64,000 nucleotides of DNA from a virus. Where the stretch lies: positions 1-64,000 of the IMG/VR virus record IMGVR_UViG_3300024255_000006; one strand, written 5' to 3'. Below are positions 36,101 through 44,756 of this stretch, one piece after another. The notes below the pieces were generated by a model. It was given only the letters and a program-made list of their open reading frames with translations. It had not been told where the DNA came from and made no database searches. Both the position numbers and the translations under genes were made by a program. Positions within the stretch are counted from its first letter, which is position 1. Every line of letters begins with the position of its first letter.

Positions 36101-36907
36101 TTGTCTAATGACTTCAGAGTTACCAATGGAAATGGTTCTAACATTGATAGTGATGTTAATGACCTATCTCTATTATTTGATAGCAGTGATGGTGACCTAG
36201 ATGTTCAGGGTCATATCAGACTTGGTGATAATCTCTCTGTATTCAAAGACCATGGTACTGGTGTTGGATTTAGTGGCGCTGATCGTGTCTTCCATGTTGC
36301 AAATGCCGATGGTGATACAATAATTGGTGAAACTGGTGGTGCATATGGTGCAGGTGATCTAACTGTTAACGGTGGTCACCTCCAATTGGTTGGTGCATCA
36401 ACTACAACTCCAAGTAGTACTGATTATCCACTAAGCATCACAAACATGGGTGTAAGTGGTAATAGAAACTATAGAATCCGTCGTGATGCTGCTATTGATG
36501 CATTTGGTGTTACTCAGTTCTATAACAAGAACGGTGGTCGTAGATGGGATTACATCAACGCCGACACAACACTTGAAACTGGTAAGAACTACATCGTCGC
36601 AGTTTCTGCAGATATGGTTCTAACTTTACCATCTAATGCAGAGACAGGTGATATGATTAGATTCATCGAAGTTACTGGTTCAATCTCATATGCACAATCT
36701 ATAATTCTTCGTGCTCCAAACGGTGGTTCTATTCAAGGTGATAACCAAGGTACAAACGCTGGTGGTCTTCCCTCCGCTTATCAAGGTGGTGAGTTGATCG
36801 TCCAAACTAGAAATGCTGGTTTTGGACTAGTCTATATGGGATCACAAGATGGTGGTGGTCAGTCAATCCCGACTACATATAGGGGATGGTGGTTAACTGA
36901 AATTTGA
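27104..36907 (+). CDS. Very large virion structural / tail-fibre-like protein, 3267 aa
   Basis: MPLTRLDNL..LYVSP..PFKTIQRA N-terminus typical of cyanomyovirus giant structural proteins; Gly/Thr/Asn-rich beta segments. Confidence 0.85.
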   Translation: MPLTRLDNLISSKTGRYLYVSPDDFNASDELDNRGNSPNRPFKTIQRAFVEVARYSYLPGIDNDRFDEFTIMLMPGDHYIDNRPGPANNSTTPVFSFDQSNNAWTDSSLLDLSNPNNVLYQFNGTEGGCVVPRGCSLIGYDLRRTIIRPLYVPDPADTEQARTSMFNVTGGAYIWQFTIKDGDLTTKSPLYDSNNGVGKVYYRKDDTANLAIPEFSHHKITVFEYAQKTELEIYYEKIAKAFAEYQPTIDDANEFGAKIQETRIVGPLSDLRTIDSIRVTDSSPAGTVTVQVTTKIAHGYIVGQYVAIQENGLDDALNGTFDVTALDTTNRRVFEFELTGTVAGLGLQNNQTYTTGNGLSTNAYVQAEVDSVESASPYMFNLSIRSTWGICGLWANGAKASGFKSMVCAQYTGVSLQKDDRAFIRYDRFTNTWNQASLSDAFATTPYHTKGDAYWKDDWRNFHIRASNDSFVQCVSIFAVGFADHFLMESGGDMSITNSNSNFGNTSLHAIGHKGYSFNQDKGGYISDIIPPERLIESSANEEEVDYYTWDVQASRGTNTKLYFAGTGIADPKKRPAATINGYRIGAKSNDKIYVELDPYATGSGRTTPTDSVFNATLKPSGFISYPSSIQILNPTTVVVDNKNQDSANRIEDNKELIAGEAYGYITTKYPALLNKNIIITKCKRDIGYLLDAIISDLRLGGNINSVQAAESYFSGGTLNYIDGEKFETIEGFEYARDLAIASMRNWDFLQTGCTVTNGSAYVTVPSTVGLFIGMKVEEYTVVNSNNTTVDTNSLTTSNIPANTYIRNVVNSTTIELGSVVNGVRAYLANGQAVNAVGTNSNAKIFFKLEDDNGDRKGIWSSEEGTVDTTITQDTVYPECATAASAIQSLFGQIKTILNNGISPVGDRFADAHDLLLSNKNWIADVAVKDMQIQFPTFQVPGGAVNCFDDVVDVVEAIAYNVKYGSNNQVYDAANFYVVGAHVSGEEEQSVYVFDIAKAMAEKVIQNVTYTPRAGVTTTYSQIKDLTITVDPAPVGGNYCADVISAQNTLFDIIEAGIDNAGTVNNANAGVFAALTKTSPQQTVVSRQNPSTDTSQFANRATLFTVNAGGTNPHKFETGTPIRLVAREKSGTTPDERDVRLPVGFEPNRTYFVIAPGRDTQPFNYNQASVYSGIFDGGDQTKLMLANTKENAAAGIYIYSPETEAIDDDVEILVQQYVLDETYNLHEYRVTFDGSSGTVLKTDVAHIFDKPTTGLGADYIQKIFFRAEGSDGQVGTLPTLSGIGGTQISNTREYFVRYNSDDTFKIFATAQDAITGAPEVTLVNSTTQFWYVFANKRVSPMRFDPTFVDTSASRTPAITDGLWYLNLKDETTNDDNILGRFSETDYDSASGQVQTTDSYYTRLEDNRDKDDRIYRLRYVQPKDFPGAVRKPNNGFVIKIRTDTKRNLLPQRIVLEPIGGAPALAEFRNPDTTNAAEVIGMSVSQFDSAVQAGTLDKDNIYDPDNNPVVVNTDNFLRFSVRSARTVTINSQPLLEVTAFDHTVDDTNAPQLKNTVFHTVEINAPQAGTFTVSKTASTVSNRVEWTGGSSGFGYIHAYFNVGAKHYIILKDVSARPTYDPLVNTRFDQNGVYADQQADVNSGRDLTSKYLYVVQGANVFTLTPGDTVDDSVGNTYKVLSVEDENDIDDTFYIFDAEEIQERVSGQQNGIYYLTAVRGNITPLPRGAGVANNFQNFKFSQPISSLYPLDYKNDPTWYQVIDNDGTKDTLIKDPQASSSFANNYTHGLVYVNDYKRSMTKEAVVDLTESAYFEDYTYTSANSIAAQDGNATSGSEQRKIPIAGDTASVHDQKVYVELRRPSIARSGNHTFEYLGFGPGNYSTGLPARQEVILTEFQDYYAQAKRQDGGIVFYTGLNSNGDLYIGNRKIDAITGEEEFLERAVLTASEDDSDPIESLVTSFDTPVTFKDKITVEGISYLNNRVIINTQPPAESPALVIQSNPRNDGGNEDNTLTRGSFANRSDGDITIDRNKISAAIFETKGRGTVSFPGQTYSQRTHYSYSEQIPTNRTPDQSSTFSSDQFVRYYQSTDVDANPQPGDMLLKGNSVQNSGSLGWVYSNYYQEIPAGSILDLVTNGSSTVRINWSGVLTNADTSIKMSVGKTIRIQGFSQSLINGLWTVTRADQTGADNDFIEFIVANAITGQTYNWDPASQPTAVLERSEESWKEFGVLGSEALRTDTDAIGEYKLGVNTLARTAHAAHEFGFLTYSAGGTTYDQQEPRANLDVVGNAFISGRTISNAQYMAGTGTAKVESNVHEAFLVGGNSASPQSTALFRVDTTNNRIGINLSRSDLSDTLTINGTLKLLGPSSNVDIDGDLNVDGGDITTNVATFNLLNDNALTINAFGDATTLTIADDATSDQTINIGTSAAGLGTLNIHTSLDRSVINIGTTPNNNPTSTSVITIGGGFQNTANSTLTVKNAQTILDGDLDVNGGDIQSNSSTINLFTRSGFGNIVNFATRASQFTIGGVAGSTTIRNSLIVNGDTDMMGDVTMNGGSNSGTVTVTRASLNTAKITHTAGSLSNLNVDFYEFIADIDGAEILTSVNGSNGQIAVADNYFLDGNTVRFSDTTGLSNNVNTTTTYFVVNSSAANGTLQIAATEGGTPIVFSGTPGTSTGITLQNTLVDTGSGTNAWTGNSSDAEYTRLPVNNVEGIEIGDILIIGSELVEVISPGPDSNTRIVPVNRGVDCTTIPTNTADNTVINKLAKSPGATYTVGRVPQNSSTPTVSNLNAVADTLEVPIGALQEGDAVSFSSIGSIQGAIVQGPTYFVANVINDTANSVTRFNLAGDPGGGALDITGGSTTGAVLNFSDTLIALAEFGGQIKVGDYLRISPSTTCPSGEFVEVINVNTTNAEKFTVNNGANQDRFVIDSVFGGVNSTILGEQDFSINLTAVASTNADDNKFRVVNGTGLSPAERFTINSAGTVDFVGDGTTADPNARLKSDGMFWLSNDFRVTNGNGSNIDSDVNDLSLLFDSSDGDLDVQGHIRLGDNLSVFKDHGTGVGFSGADRVFHVANADGDTIIGETGGAYGAGDLTVNGGHLQLVGASTTTPSSTDYPLSITNMGVSGNRNYRIRRDAAIDAFGVTQFYNKNGGRRWDYINADTTLETGKNYIVAVSADMVLTLPSNAETGDMIRFIEVTGSISYAQSIILRAPNGGSIQGDNQGTNAGGLPSAYQGGELIVQTRNAGFGLVYMGSQDGGGQSIPTTYRGWWLTEI

Positions 36908-36916
36908 TAACTAAAA

Positions 36917-38455
36917 ATGTCTAAAAGTTACGAAACAGAAAGGAGAATGCGTGCTGCTACAATCGGCACCATTCTTCCTTGGACAGGAAGTGCAGGAGAT
37001 AAGCCAGATGGTTGGATCGAATGCAATGGACAAACACTAGAAGCAATTGACTTTCCAGTTCTTGCTTCAGTTATTGGTAACACCTATGGTCCTACTAATG
37101 GACTGAATAGTAGAACTTATGGTGCATACATTCTTGGTGATCAGTTTAGACTGCCTACATTGAATGGTAGAGTCCTTGTTGATTATGAAGCAGACTATTT
37201 GTCTATAACTGCATTACAGATGGGACAAAATTACTCATCTGGTGCTGTTGGTGGTATCAATATTATTCAGGGTGAAGTTGACTTACTTAGAAGTGCTACT
37301 AACCCTCAAACAATTGCTAATGGAACTGGAAACTTAGCAAATGGTCCTGGAGTTTCTGGTACTGGACTACAACTTAGCGTAAGTTGCAACTCTGCTGGTA
37401 GAGTTGGTATCGATAACATTATTGCAACTGGGTCTGGATTTGCAGCAGGAAATCAATTTATAATTCCTGCATCTTTGTTTGGTGCAAATTCTCAAGAAGA
37501 TGTTATTCTCGAAGTTCAGTGGGTTCTACCATCAGTTGCTGATGTTCTAACACCGTCTGGAGCAGGAACTACACAACTTATTACTGGTAATGGAGATGCA
37601 ACTACTCCACCAACATCAGCAAATGCTACGGCAGACATCAACTTTGTTGTTTCTGATTCTAGCAATCTAACCGCACAGATTAGAAATTTTAGTATTAACC
37701 CACCAGCATATTTCAAATCATTCTATACAGTTCCTAGAAGACTTTCTAAGGATCATATGCCTTCTCATAGACATGCTAATCCTTCAGGTGAATCTGGATA
37801 TAGTCGTGCTGACCCTGATGCTGGTTTTGTTGAAGGATTCCAATGTCCCTCTTTCGGATCTTCTGTAGAAGGAAATCAAAAACAAAAATCGCTACAATCT
37901 CCACGAGATTCTGTTCTTCCTGGAGTTGGATTTGTTACTACATTTGAGGAAGGAAGAACAATTGTTTCTACATCTGGACCTGCAAAATTAAACGTTAATA
38001 CTATTGGTGGTGGTCTTGGTGTTGATCAACCTGTTTGGTCTGGTCCTCATCCTAGACCTTTAAGTGGTAACTCTGGTGCTAGTGGAAACTGTAATTACAG
38101 AGAAGCAGCAGCAAGTGGATTGTTTACCAATAGAAAAAACTGGTATGGTAATCAGTCTGCAAACCAAATTGCTAATGCTGGTGGTCCATCTTTAACATAT
38201 CCAACAACTCTAAACCATAATGGTGAAGATCATACAGGAATTAGATCTCATAATCATTATAGTTTTGAGGTTGCTATGAATGCTGGATTCTTGAGACCAC
38301 CAACAATTGTTCCTGTTAACAATTTGCAAATTGATAGCAGTTTGACTGGTGTAGCAACCAATATTGCTGCTCAAAACCTTCCATCAGCACTAAATATCAA
38401 TGTGGATGTTAAAACTCCATCATTAACCATGATTTATCTCATCCGAGCTTTCTAA
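36917..38455 (+). CDS. Tail-collar domain protein
   Basis: IGTILPW..PDGWIECNG..FPVLASVIGNTYG..FRLP. Confidence 0.85.
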   Translation: MSKSYETERRMRAATIGTILPWTGSAGDKPDGWIECNGQTLEAIDFPVLASVIGNTYGPTNGLNSRTYGAYILGDQFRLPTLNGRVLVDYEADYLSITALQMGQNYSSGAVGGINIIQGEVDLLRSATNPQTIANGTGNLANGPGVSGTGLQLSVSCNSAGRVGIDNIIATGSGFAAGNQFIIPASLFGANSQEDVILEVQWVLPSVADVLTPSGAGTTQLITGNGDATTPPTSANATADINFVVSDSSNLTAQIRNFSINPPAYFKSFYTVPRRLSKDHMPSHRHANPSGESGYSRADPDAGFVEGFQCPSFGSSVEGNQKQKSLQSPRDSVLPGVGFVTTFEEGRTIVSTSGPAKLNVNTIGGGLGVDQPVWSGPHPRPLSGNSGASGNCNYREAAASGLFTNRKNWYGNQSANQIANAGGPSLTYPTTLNHNGEDHTGIRSHNHYSFEVAMNAGFLRPPTIVPVNNLQIDSSLTGVATNIAAQNLPSALNINVDVKTPSLTMIYLIRAF

Positions 38456-39579
38456 TGAAGTTTTTACAAAAAGAAAGAGCAAAATTAGGATCTGCTCCTG
38501 GTACGATTATCCAGTGGTCTACTCCTATTTTAGATAATGATCCAGATGCATCAAATAACGTAGTTGATTTACCAGCTGGTTATTTGAAGTGTGATGGATC
38601 AATCTATAGCAGCAGGCAATATCCATACCTAGCAAAAATTCTAGGTACTGGTGGTGGTAGTCTCTATAAAAAAGATGATCAAACCTTAGATGATGATCAG
38701 TTTCAAGTTCCAGATTTAGGATCTAAACATATTGAAGCATCTGTTGGTGCAAACATTGGTTCATATAGAAATGATACCAAAGTAACTGGAACAGATACCG
38801 TAGTACAGAAAGCAGGTGTTGGTGTAGATATTTTCTCTAATATCGGTGATACAGCACAGGTGGGATTCAATGGTGTTTTTACTGTACCATCACAAAATTT
38901 TGCCCTGAATGGTAATATTGGTTGGACTTTCCCAACATCATCTGAAACTGAAAGTGTTAGTGATAGAGCGATCGGTCCTCATATGCACTATTCTTCTACT
39001 GGTAGAGTTGCAGTTAAAGAGGCACCTGGATTTGGTAATACTTCTAGACCATATTATTTGCGTCCAGAAGATACTTCAACGGCATCTCCTGATTGTAATT
39101 CAGTTGGTGAAGCATATCACAGTCGCGAAGGTCAAGGTCCTAATTTCTGTAATAATACCTGTGAGAACTTTCAGGAGGCATTTATTGGTAATGTTGAAGG
39201 ATCTTCTTCTCAGTGGACAACTTCTAAGACAATCTCTACTATCACTGCAGCAAACTGGCCAAACACTGCTACAGTTAATGTAGGTAATTTGAGACCATTT
39301 GATACAGTACCACAAGGTGCTCAGATTGCATATGCAACTGCTAGAAATACTGAGCAGGTAGTTGAGTCTCCACCTGGAACAGATACTACTGACCTTACGT
39401 CACATTCTCACAGACTTGATAGAGATTTTAGTGAAACTAGTTATGAAGCGACAACTGATGTCGGAACTATCAGACCTGATGGATTGAGTGCTGCTGTTAA
39501 CGTTAGAACGTCAACATCGACTAAATTTGATGATGTTGTCTCTCCATACATTGTTATTGAATTTCTAATCAAATACTAA
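38455..39579 (+). CDS. Tail-collar domain protein
   Basis: PGTIIQW, PAGYLKCDG..YPYLA, FQVPDL, C-terminal FLIKY. Confidence 0.85.
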   Translation: MKFLQKERAKLGSAPGTIIQWSTPILDNDPDASNNVVDLPAGYLKCDGSIYSSRQYPYLAKILGTGGGSLYKKDDQTLDDDQFQVPDLGSKHIEASVGANIGSYRNDTKVTGTDTVVQKAGVGVDIFSNIGDTAQVGFNGVFTVPSQNFALNGNIGWTFPTSSETESVSDRAIGPHMHYSSTGRVAVKEAPGFGNTSRPYYLRPEDTSTASPDCNSVGEAYHSREGQGPNFCNNTCENFQEAFIGNVEGSSSQWTTSKTISTITAANWPNTATVNVGNLRPFDTVPQGAQIAYATARNTEQVVESPPGTDTTDLTSHSHRLDRDFSETSYEATTDVGTIRPDGLSAAVNVRTSTSTKFDDVVSPYIVIEFLIKY

Positions 39580-39580
39580 A

Positions 39581-40654
39581 ATGGCTGTACGATCAAAAGG
39601 TAGTTATACACATCATTATTCGGATCAGATAGGAGACTCTGGAGCTCCAATCGGTTCAATTTGTTGTGTCTTTGTAGATGATGCTAGTTCTGCATCTGCT
39701 ACAACTGATGCTGTTGCAGATAATTATCCTGGTTGGTTGTACTGTGATGGTTCTTTAGTCAGTGTAGAGAATTATCCTCTGTTATTTGAAGTTCTTGGTA
39801 ATAAGTATGGTGGAACAAATCCACAATCAGTGAATTTGCGTGACTGGGGAAGCACTGCGGGCAGTACAGTTAGTGCTACATTTAACCTACCTGATCTCAG
39901 AATGAAGAGATTAAATGGTCCTGGTGGTGTCGATGGTCCTGGTTCTATTACTCCTGATAATTCTCAGATGCAGGTTGGTGATACTGGCGGTGAGTGGTAT
40001 ATCTCTAGATCAAGACAATTAGATGAATATACTATTGGAACTGTTAGAGTGCAAGGATATGATACATGTATTGACTTCATCGATGGATCTTTGAGTGGTA
40101 ACACACAAATTACTGTTGGACCACTACAATCTAGACCTCTAACTGGTCCACCACCACACACTCACTTGCTACTTAATAGTGAGGGAGACCAAAGACAGGG
40201 CATGAAAAATGGTGATGCTCATAATGGTAATACATTTTCACCAAACTACATCACAAACAAAGCAGCAGTTTCTCAGTTTGACCCAGCAGAAGGCATTCAA
40301 GCTGAGCACAGTCACTATCTTGCTGAATTTAATCCAATTAGAATTGGAAGTAACGAGCAGTATTCATTTGATACAACTGTAACTTACACTAATAGTCCAA
40401 CTGCGTATTCAAATGTATATGGTGCGAGTAAAGTAAATGATGGTTCGACTAATAGTCAGGGACAAACAGTTGATATGGAGGAACAGTTTATTATTAACAT
40501 TAACCCAGCACAGGCAGGTATTACTCTAAACTCTGGTACAATAACAATGACTGCTGCAGAACAAATTAGTGTTGTTGCATCAATCATACCTACTACTCCT
40601 GTCCCACTTGTGCTAAAATACTTTAGGGTCAAATATTTAATTAAAGCTTGGTGA
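39581..40654 (+). CDS. Tail-collar domain protein
   Basis: PIGSI, PGWLYCDG..YPLLFEVLGNKYG, FNLPDLR, C-terminal YLIKA. Confidence 0.85.
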   Translation: MAVRSKGSYTHHYSDQIGDSGAPIGSICCVFVDDASSASATTDAVADNYPGWLYCDGSLVSVENYPLLFEVLGNKYGGTNPQSVNLRDWGSTAGSTVSATFNLPDLRMKRLNGPGGVDGPGSITPDNSQMQVGDTGGEWYISRSRQLDEYTIGTVRVQGYDTCIDFIDGSLSGNTQITVGPLQSRPLTGPPPHTHLLLNSEGDQRQGMKNGDAHNGNTFSPNYITNKAAVSQFDPAEGIQAEHSHYLAEFNPIRIGSNEQYSFDTTVTYTNSPTAYSNVYGASKVNDGSTNSQGQTVDMEEQFIININPAQAGITLNSGTITMTAAEQISVVASIIPTTPVPLVLKYFRVKYLIKAW

Positions 40655-40662
40655 AATAAATT

Positions 40663-41364
40663 ATGCCTATTACAACTCCTGGGTCATCTAACTTTAACGA
40701 GATGTTGAACCCAATCATTCCCGTCAACCTGATGGGTGGAAAGGGAAAGTTTGATGATTTTGTTGGCGTTTGGGAAAACTTTGTTCCTGAATCAGTTTGT
40801 ACAGAACTCATTGACTTCTTTAAATGCTGGAAAGAAAATGCAACTATTGTGAACGAAGAGCGTGACCTACAGTTATTAGATATTGCAGATGCATCGACTG
40901 AAGCTTGTAGTGGTCAAACACAATTTGCTTCTGGTCATCTTGGAAGAAGCGATCTTGCTCTCATGATTGATAACATGAGTATCCCGCTTTCAAATACTGT
41001 TAATCAGTATTTGCAATCTTGTGTTAATCATTACTGTAGAGAATATCATGCACTTGGATCATCGCCTATTACATCTTGGTCGATTAAGATGCAAGAAACT
41101 CCTGCAGGTGGTGGATATCACGTTTATCACTATGAGCGTGGATCTTTTAACGAATCAGCACGAGAACTAGTGTGGATGATTTACTTGAATGACGAATTTG
41201 ATGGTGGTGAAACTGAATTCTTTTATCAGAGAAGACGCATCAAACCTTCTATTGGAACTGTAGTCATTTGGCCATCTGGATTCACACATACACATCGAGG
41301 CAACTTAGTGCTGGAAGGTACTAAATATATTGTAACAGGATGGTATTATCAGCAACCCGTTTAA
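40663..41364 (+). CDS. 2OG-Fe(II) oxygenase, prolyl-4-hydroxylase-like
   Basis: YHVYHYE, WMIYLND..GGETEF, HTHRG, KYIVTGW. Confidence 0.9.
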   Translation: MPITTPGSSNFNEMLNPIIPVNLMGGKGKFDDFVGVWENFVPESVCTELIDFFKCWKENATIVNEERDLQLLDIADASTEACSGQTQFASGHLGRSDLALMIDNMSIPLSNTVNQYLQSCVNHYCREYHALGSSPITSWSIKMQETPAGGGYHVYHYERGSFNESARELVWMIYLNDEFDGGETEFFYQRRRIKPSIGTVVIWPSGFTHTHRGNLVLEGTKYIVTGWYYQQPV

Positions 41365-41365
41365 C

Positions 41366-42241
41366 ATGAATATCACAAATAAAACCGTTATGATTAGCGG
41401 TCCTAGCAGGACCGTACAGAGAGGAACATTGACCGTTACGGTTAATGAGTCTGACTGGAATAGATATATCCTTCCGCTTATCTATCCTTTGTGGGATTCA
41501 GACAAGGATGTTCTGATGTCTTTTACATATCGTGATCTACCAGAAGAACAATTCTTCTGTGAGAAGAAAAAGTATGTTCGTAATCACACAACTGGAGAAT
41601 ATTTCTGGAAGGATTACATCTTCAGTGAAATTGAACTTGAAGTTGCACGTCAGTTAGCGACAGATCTCAGTGAAGCAATTGACGCTATCGCATCAACAAC
41701 AAAGAGAGATGTTGATGAGATGTTTAACACCATCATGAAAAGAGAGAAAGGTCTTTCTCTTGCACGAATTAAAGCATGGAGAAACTTCTTCTTGTTCTCT
41801 TCTGATTGGACTATGTTGGAAGATGCTCCAGTTTCAGCAGAAGAAAAAGAACAGTGGAGACTGTATCGTCAGAAGATTCGCGCATTGCCTGATCTATTTG
41901 ACTCTAATACTAAAGTTCTTGCTGAGGTCCATATTCCTATTGACCCAATTGTTTACAGAAAGAACTATTTGCCTTATAATGAGGGAGCAACTTATCTTGG
42001 AAGTGATGATCAGTTTATCTGGTTCCCAGGTAAAGAAGGACTTCCTGGTGGAGCACTAGACAGAGCAATGCATGAGTATATGCATCTTGCTGTTAAGATG
42101 TCTAGACCATCTCCAATGTTTAATGTTCCTAATATCTCCCATCTCACCGATCCAATCGATGCATTGGTAGCAGAGATTGAACGTGAACAAGCACTACTTG
42201 ATGAATTAAGAGAACAACAAAATGCAGCTTCGTCGGATTAA
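41366..42241 (+). CDS. Tail-fibre assembly-like protein
   Basis: WRNFFLFSSDWTMLEDAP..W..YRQKIRALP chaperone-like motif. Confidence 0.65.
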   Translation: MNITNKTVMISGPSRTVQRGTLTVTVNESDWNRYILPLIYPLWDSDKDVLMSFTYRDLPEEQFFCEKKKYVRNHTTGEYFWKDYIFSEIELEVARQLATDLSEAIDAIASTTKRDVDEMFNTIMKREKGLSLARIKAWRNFFLFSSDWTMLEDAPVSAEEKEQWRLYRQKIRALPDLFDSNTKVLAEVHIPIDPIVYRKNYLPYNEGATYLGSDDQFIWFPGKEGLPGGALDRAMHEYMHLAVKMSRPSPMFNVPNISHLTDPIDALVAEIEREQALLDELREQQNAASSD

Positions 42242-42956
42242 ATGGTTAGATGATGTGGTATGCAGTCACATCAATAACTTCTATGATTTTTGTGAATTTC
42301 AAGATGGTTCTAATACTGGACCAAGGAATCGATCGGTTAAAAGAAATGTAGAAATGATCGACAAAGACATGAAAGCATCGTCTTTGTTAATGGATCAATT
42401 CCATAAACACCCATTCATGCAAGCACTAACACTACGTCATGTAAGTGTTCCTTTGTTTGCAGAGTATAGATCTGAAGAGAATGGTCATTATTCATTTCAT
42501 AATGATGCTCCTCTCATGCATGACTTGAGAACGGATCATTTGTTTATTACTGCTATCAATGATGAGAGTGAGTATGAAGGTGGTGACTTAATCATTCGTT
42601 GGGGAACTGAAAATATTTCTTTCAGACTTCAAAAAGGTGAAGGCATTCTGATTGATCCCAATTTATGGCATACGGTAACTCCAGTCACAAAAGGCAAACG
42701 AAGAGTTGCTATCATGTGGTTTGAGAGTTTGATTCGTGATACTACAATACGAGAAATATATTTTGATTATGTTGATCTCTGTCATAGAGCAATTCAATGT
42801 ATTGATCCAGAGAAATGGGATGAAGTAAGTGATATCGATATACCTACATATTTCAACGGCATCAAATATAAAATTCTAAGAGAATATGGTGATGCATATC
42901 CAGGAAAACACTCTCCTGATTTCTCTGTACCATTAGACGAAAAATCCTATGAATAA
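42222..42956 (+). CDS. PKHD-type Fe(II)/2OG hydroxylase
   Basis: DGSNTG, HND, YEGGDL, WHTVTPVTKGKR. Confidence 0.85.
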   Translation: MQLRRIKWLDDVVCSHINNFYDFCEFQDGSNTGPRNRSVKRNVEMIDKDMKASSLLMDQFHKHPFMQALTLRHVSVPLFAEYRSEENGHYSFHNDAPLMHDLRTDHLFITAINDESEYEGGDLIIRWGTENISFRLQKGEGILIDPNLWHTVTPVTKGKRRVAIMWFESLIRDTTIREIYFDYVDLCHRAIQCIDPEKWDEVSDIDIPTYFNGIKYKILREYGDAYPGKHSPDFSVPLDEKSYE

Positions 42957-43320
42957 CTTTCTTACATTACAAGAACTCATCTCTGACTACGCTGTAGCAA
43001 GAGAAAAGGTTTTAATTTGGTTTGATGCTAGAGGCATTCGTAAACTGGAGGATGCTGGAAATGTAGATAAATTGAATCAAGTCTACACTTTCTATCGTGA
43101 ATTCCTACCTGATGATATTTACGCAGAGTTCTTTAACTCTTCCTTTGGAACATTTGAGCGTCAAGATCCTATCGTTGCACAAGATATAGTTGAAGATTGG
43201 TTTCCACCTGTAGAAACTCTTCCTGACTCAGATTATTATGTTTATTCATGTGTCTTCGCTAAAAATGGTGTAATTGCATATGAAAATGTTACGCCAACTC
43301 GTCAGGAAGATACTGACTGA
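42949..43320 (+). CDS. Hypothetical protein
   Basis: 123-aa coupled ORF. Confidence 0.75.
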   Translation: MNNFLTLQELISDYAVAREKVLIWFDARGIRKLEDAGNVDKLNQVYTFYREFLPDDIYAEFFNSSFGTFERQDPIVAQDIVEDWFPPVETLPDSDYYVYSCVFAKNGVIAYENVTPTRQEDTD

Positions 43321-44065
43321 CGAACCATGATGCTCCCTGTTCATTCATACCATGATATTGAACAGAGTGATCAATACCTTCTAGTTTTACACCAAACCAT
43401 CCTTGCGGTTCTTTCGTGAGTAAATCTTTATCTCTTTGAGGGGTCAGTGTTACTGATCCCTTTTTAATTTCATACGGTAGATTATATTCAACACATGCTG
43501 GTTCATATGGTTTGGTCCTCCATATGTTGTACATCAATGTGATTCTTTTTTCGCCAGGATACATCTCACCATAGTTTGAAGGAACTCCATGGAAATAAGG
43601 CATTGCCCAAGTTATATGTTTACCTGCCTTAGGTGAACTCCAAAATGACCATGAGTCTTCTCCTGTAACGTAAACACCATCAGTTTTACCCCAGTCATGA
43701 TATTGATCCAATAGAATTGTGGGTTGACCTGAGTTAGTTAAATACGTTACAGTGCAGAATGGAGCAGGATAATACACACCATCTTTGTTAAACCTATCCA
43801 GATCTCCATCTACATGGAAATACCAATAGGAACTTAGGTCATCGTGCGATCTTATCCACCATTCTGCACCAACATAACTGTGATACATGTTATGTTTTCT
43901 AGCAGACTCAAAAATATATTGCTCGATAATATTCTCTGGGTGTCTATCAAATCCATACCACCACGTTAGTTTTTGATCTTCATCGTGTGCTAGAATGTTA
44001 TCAGCTTCCTCTTTGATGCGAGCAGTGCTCTCTTCACTGATATAGGTATTATATGATTCAATCAT
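43289..44065 (-). CDS. Probable 2OG-Fe(II) oxygenase, inverted orientation
   Basis: EWW, FHVD.D, TVTYL, FHG, RITLMYNIW. Confidence 0.7.
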   Translation of the reverse strand: MIESYNTYISEESTARIKEEADNILAHDEDQKLTWWYGFDRHPENIIEQYIFESARKHNMYHSYVGAEWWIRSHDDLSSYWYFHVDGDLDRFNKDGVYYPAPFCTVTYLTNSGQPTILLDQYHDWGKTDGVYVTGEDSWSFWSSPKAGKHITWAMPYFHGVPSNYGEMYPGEKRITLMYNIWRTKPYEPACVEYNLPYEIKKGSVTLTPQRDKDLLTKEPQGWFGVKLEGIDHSVQYHGMNEQGASWFVSQYLPDELA

Positions 44066-44756
44066 GACTAATCAAATTTTTCCACTTTTTCCTACTGTTA
44101 TTTACCAATGCAAATTAGATGGGTTTGAAGAGTGGCGTGACCTTCTTCTCTCCAAGAAAGAATACCAGTTTGATCCTAACGATGGTGATCCTCATCTGAC
44201 TGGTGAGTTTAGAGACAAGTGTCTCATGCATAAAGATGAAGATCTGATGTCTTTTTTTGCTGAGGTAACTGATGGTATCTACGGATGCTTAGAAGCAGCA
44301 GGAGTCAAGAAAGACATGCATATTCCATACATCATGAAGTCTTGGTTTACAATCAAGGACAAATCTGATATGCTTGGTGAACATCGTCATGCATGTTCGG
44401 ATCTTTCGTTTGTATATTATTTGACTGGTGGTCAACTGTGCTTCAAACAAGAGTGGAATGCTAACCAATACTTTGGTGGGATGCTCGATGCTAAACCACC
44501 TGAGCGTAGTCACATTAATAATGAAACCTTCTTTACTACTAAAGTTACTGCAACCACCGTTGCTCCTGGGGATCTACTCATCTTCCCTAGTAATCTGCTA
44601 CATTTTGTTATGCCTGAAGAAGGAACAGACACAGTAGTAAGATCTGTTGCTGGTGATATTAAACTCATGCTTACTGATGAGTATACTGATCTTGAAACTG
44701 GACTGATTCATTACAGTCATTGGAGAAAGTTTAACACTAAAGGACTACATAAATGA
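44064..44756 (+). CDS. 2OG-Fe(II) oxygenase (TIGR02466-like)
   Basis: LFPT, SWF, HRH, SFVYY, GDLLIFPS.L.H. Confidence 0.85.
   Translation: MTNQIFPLFPTVIYQCKLDGFEEWRDLLLSKKEYQFDPNDGDPHLTGEFRDKCLMHKDEDLMSFFAEVTDGIYGCLEAAGVKKDMHIPYIMKSWFTIKDKSDMLGEHRHACSDLSFVYYLTGGQLCFKQEWNANQYFGGMLDAKPPERSHINNETFFTTKVTATTVAPGDLLIFPSNLLHFVMPEEGTDTVVRSVAGDIKLMLTDEYTDLETGLIHYSHWRKFNTKGLHK

Noticed and set aside
27104-40654. Diversity-generating retroelement or invertase system acting on fibre genes
   Set aside because: No reverse transcriptase, recombinase or template/variable repeat pair noticed in the window; a self-alignment would be needed to exclude it fully
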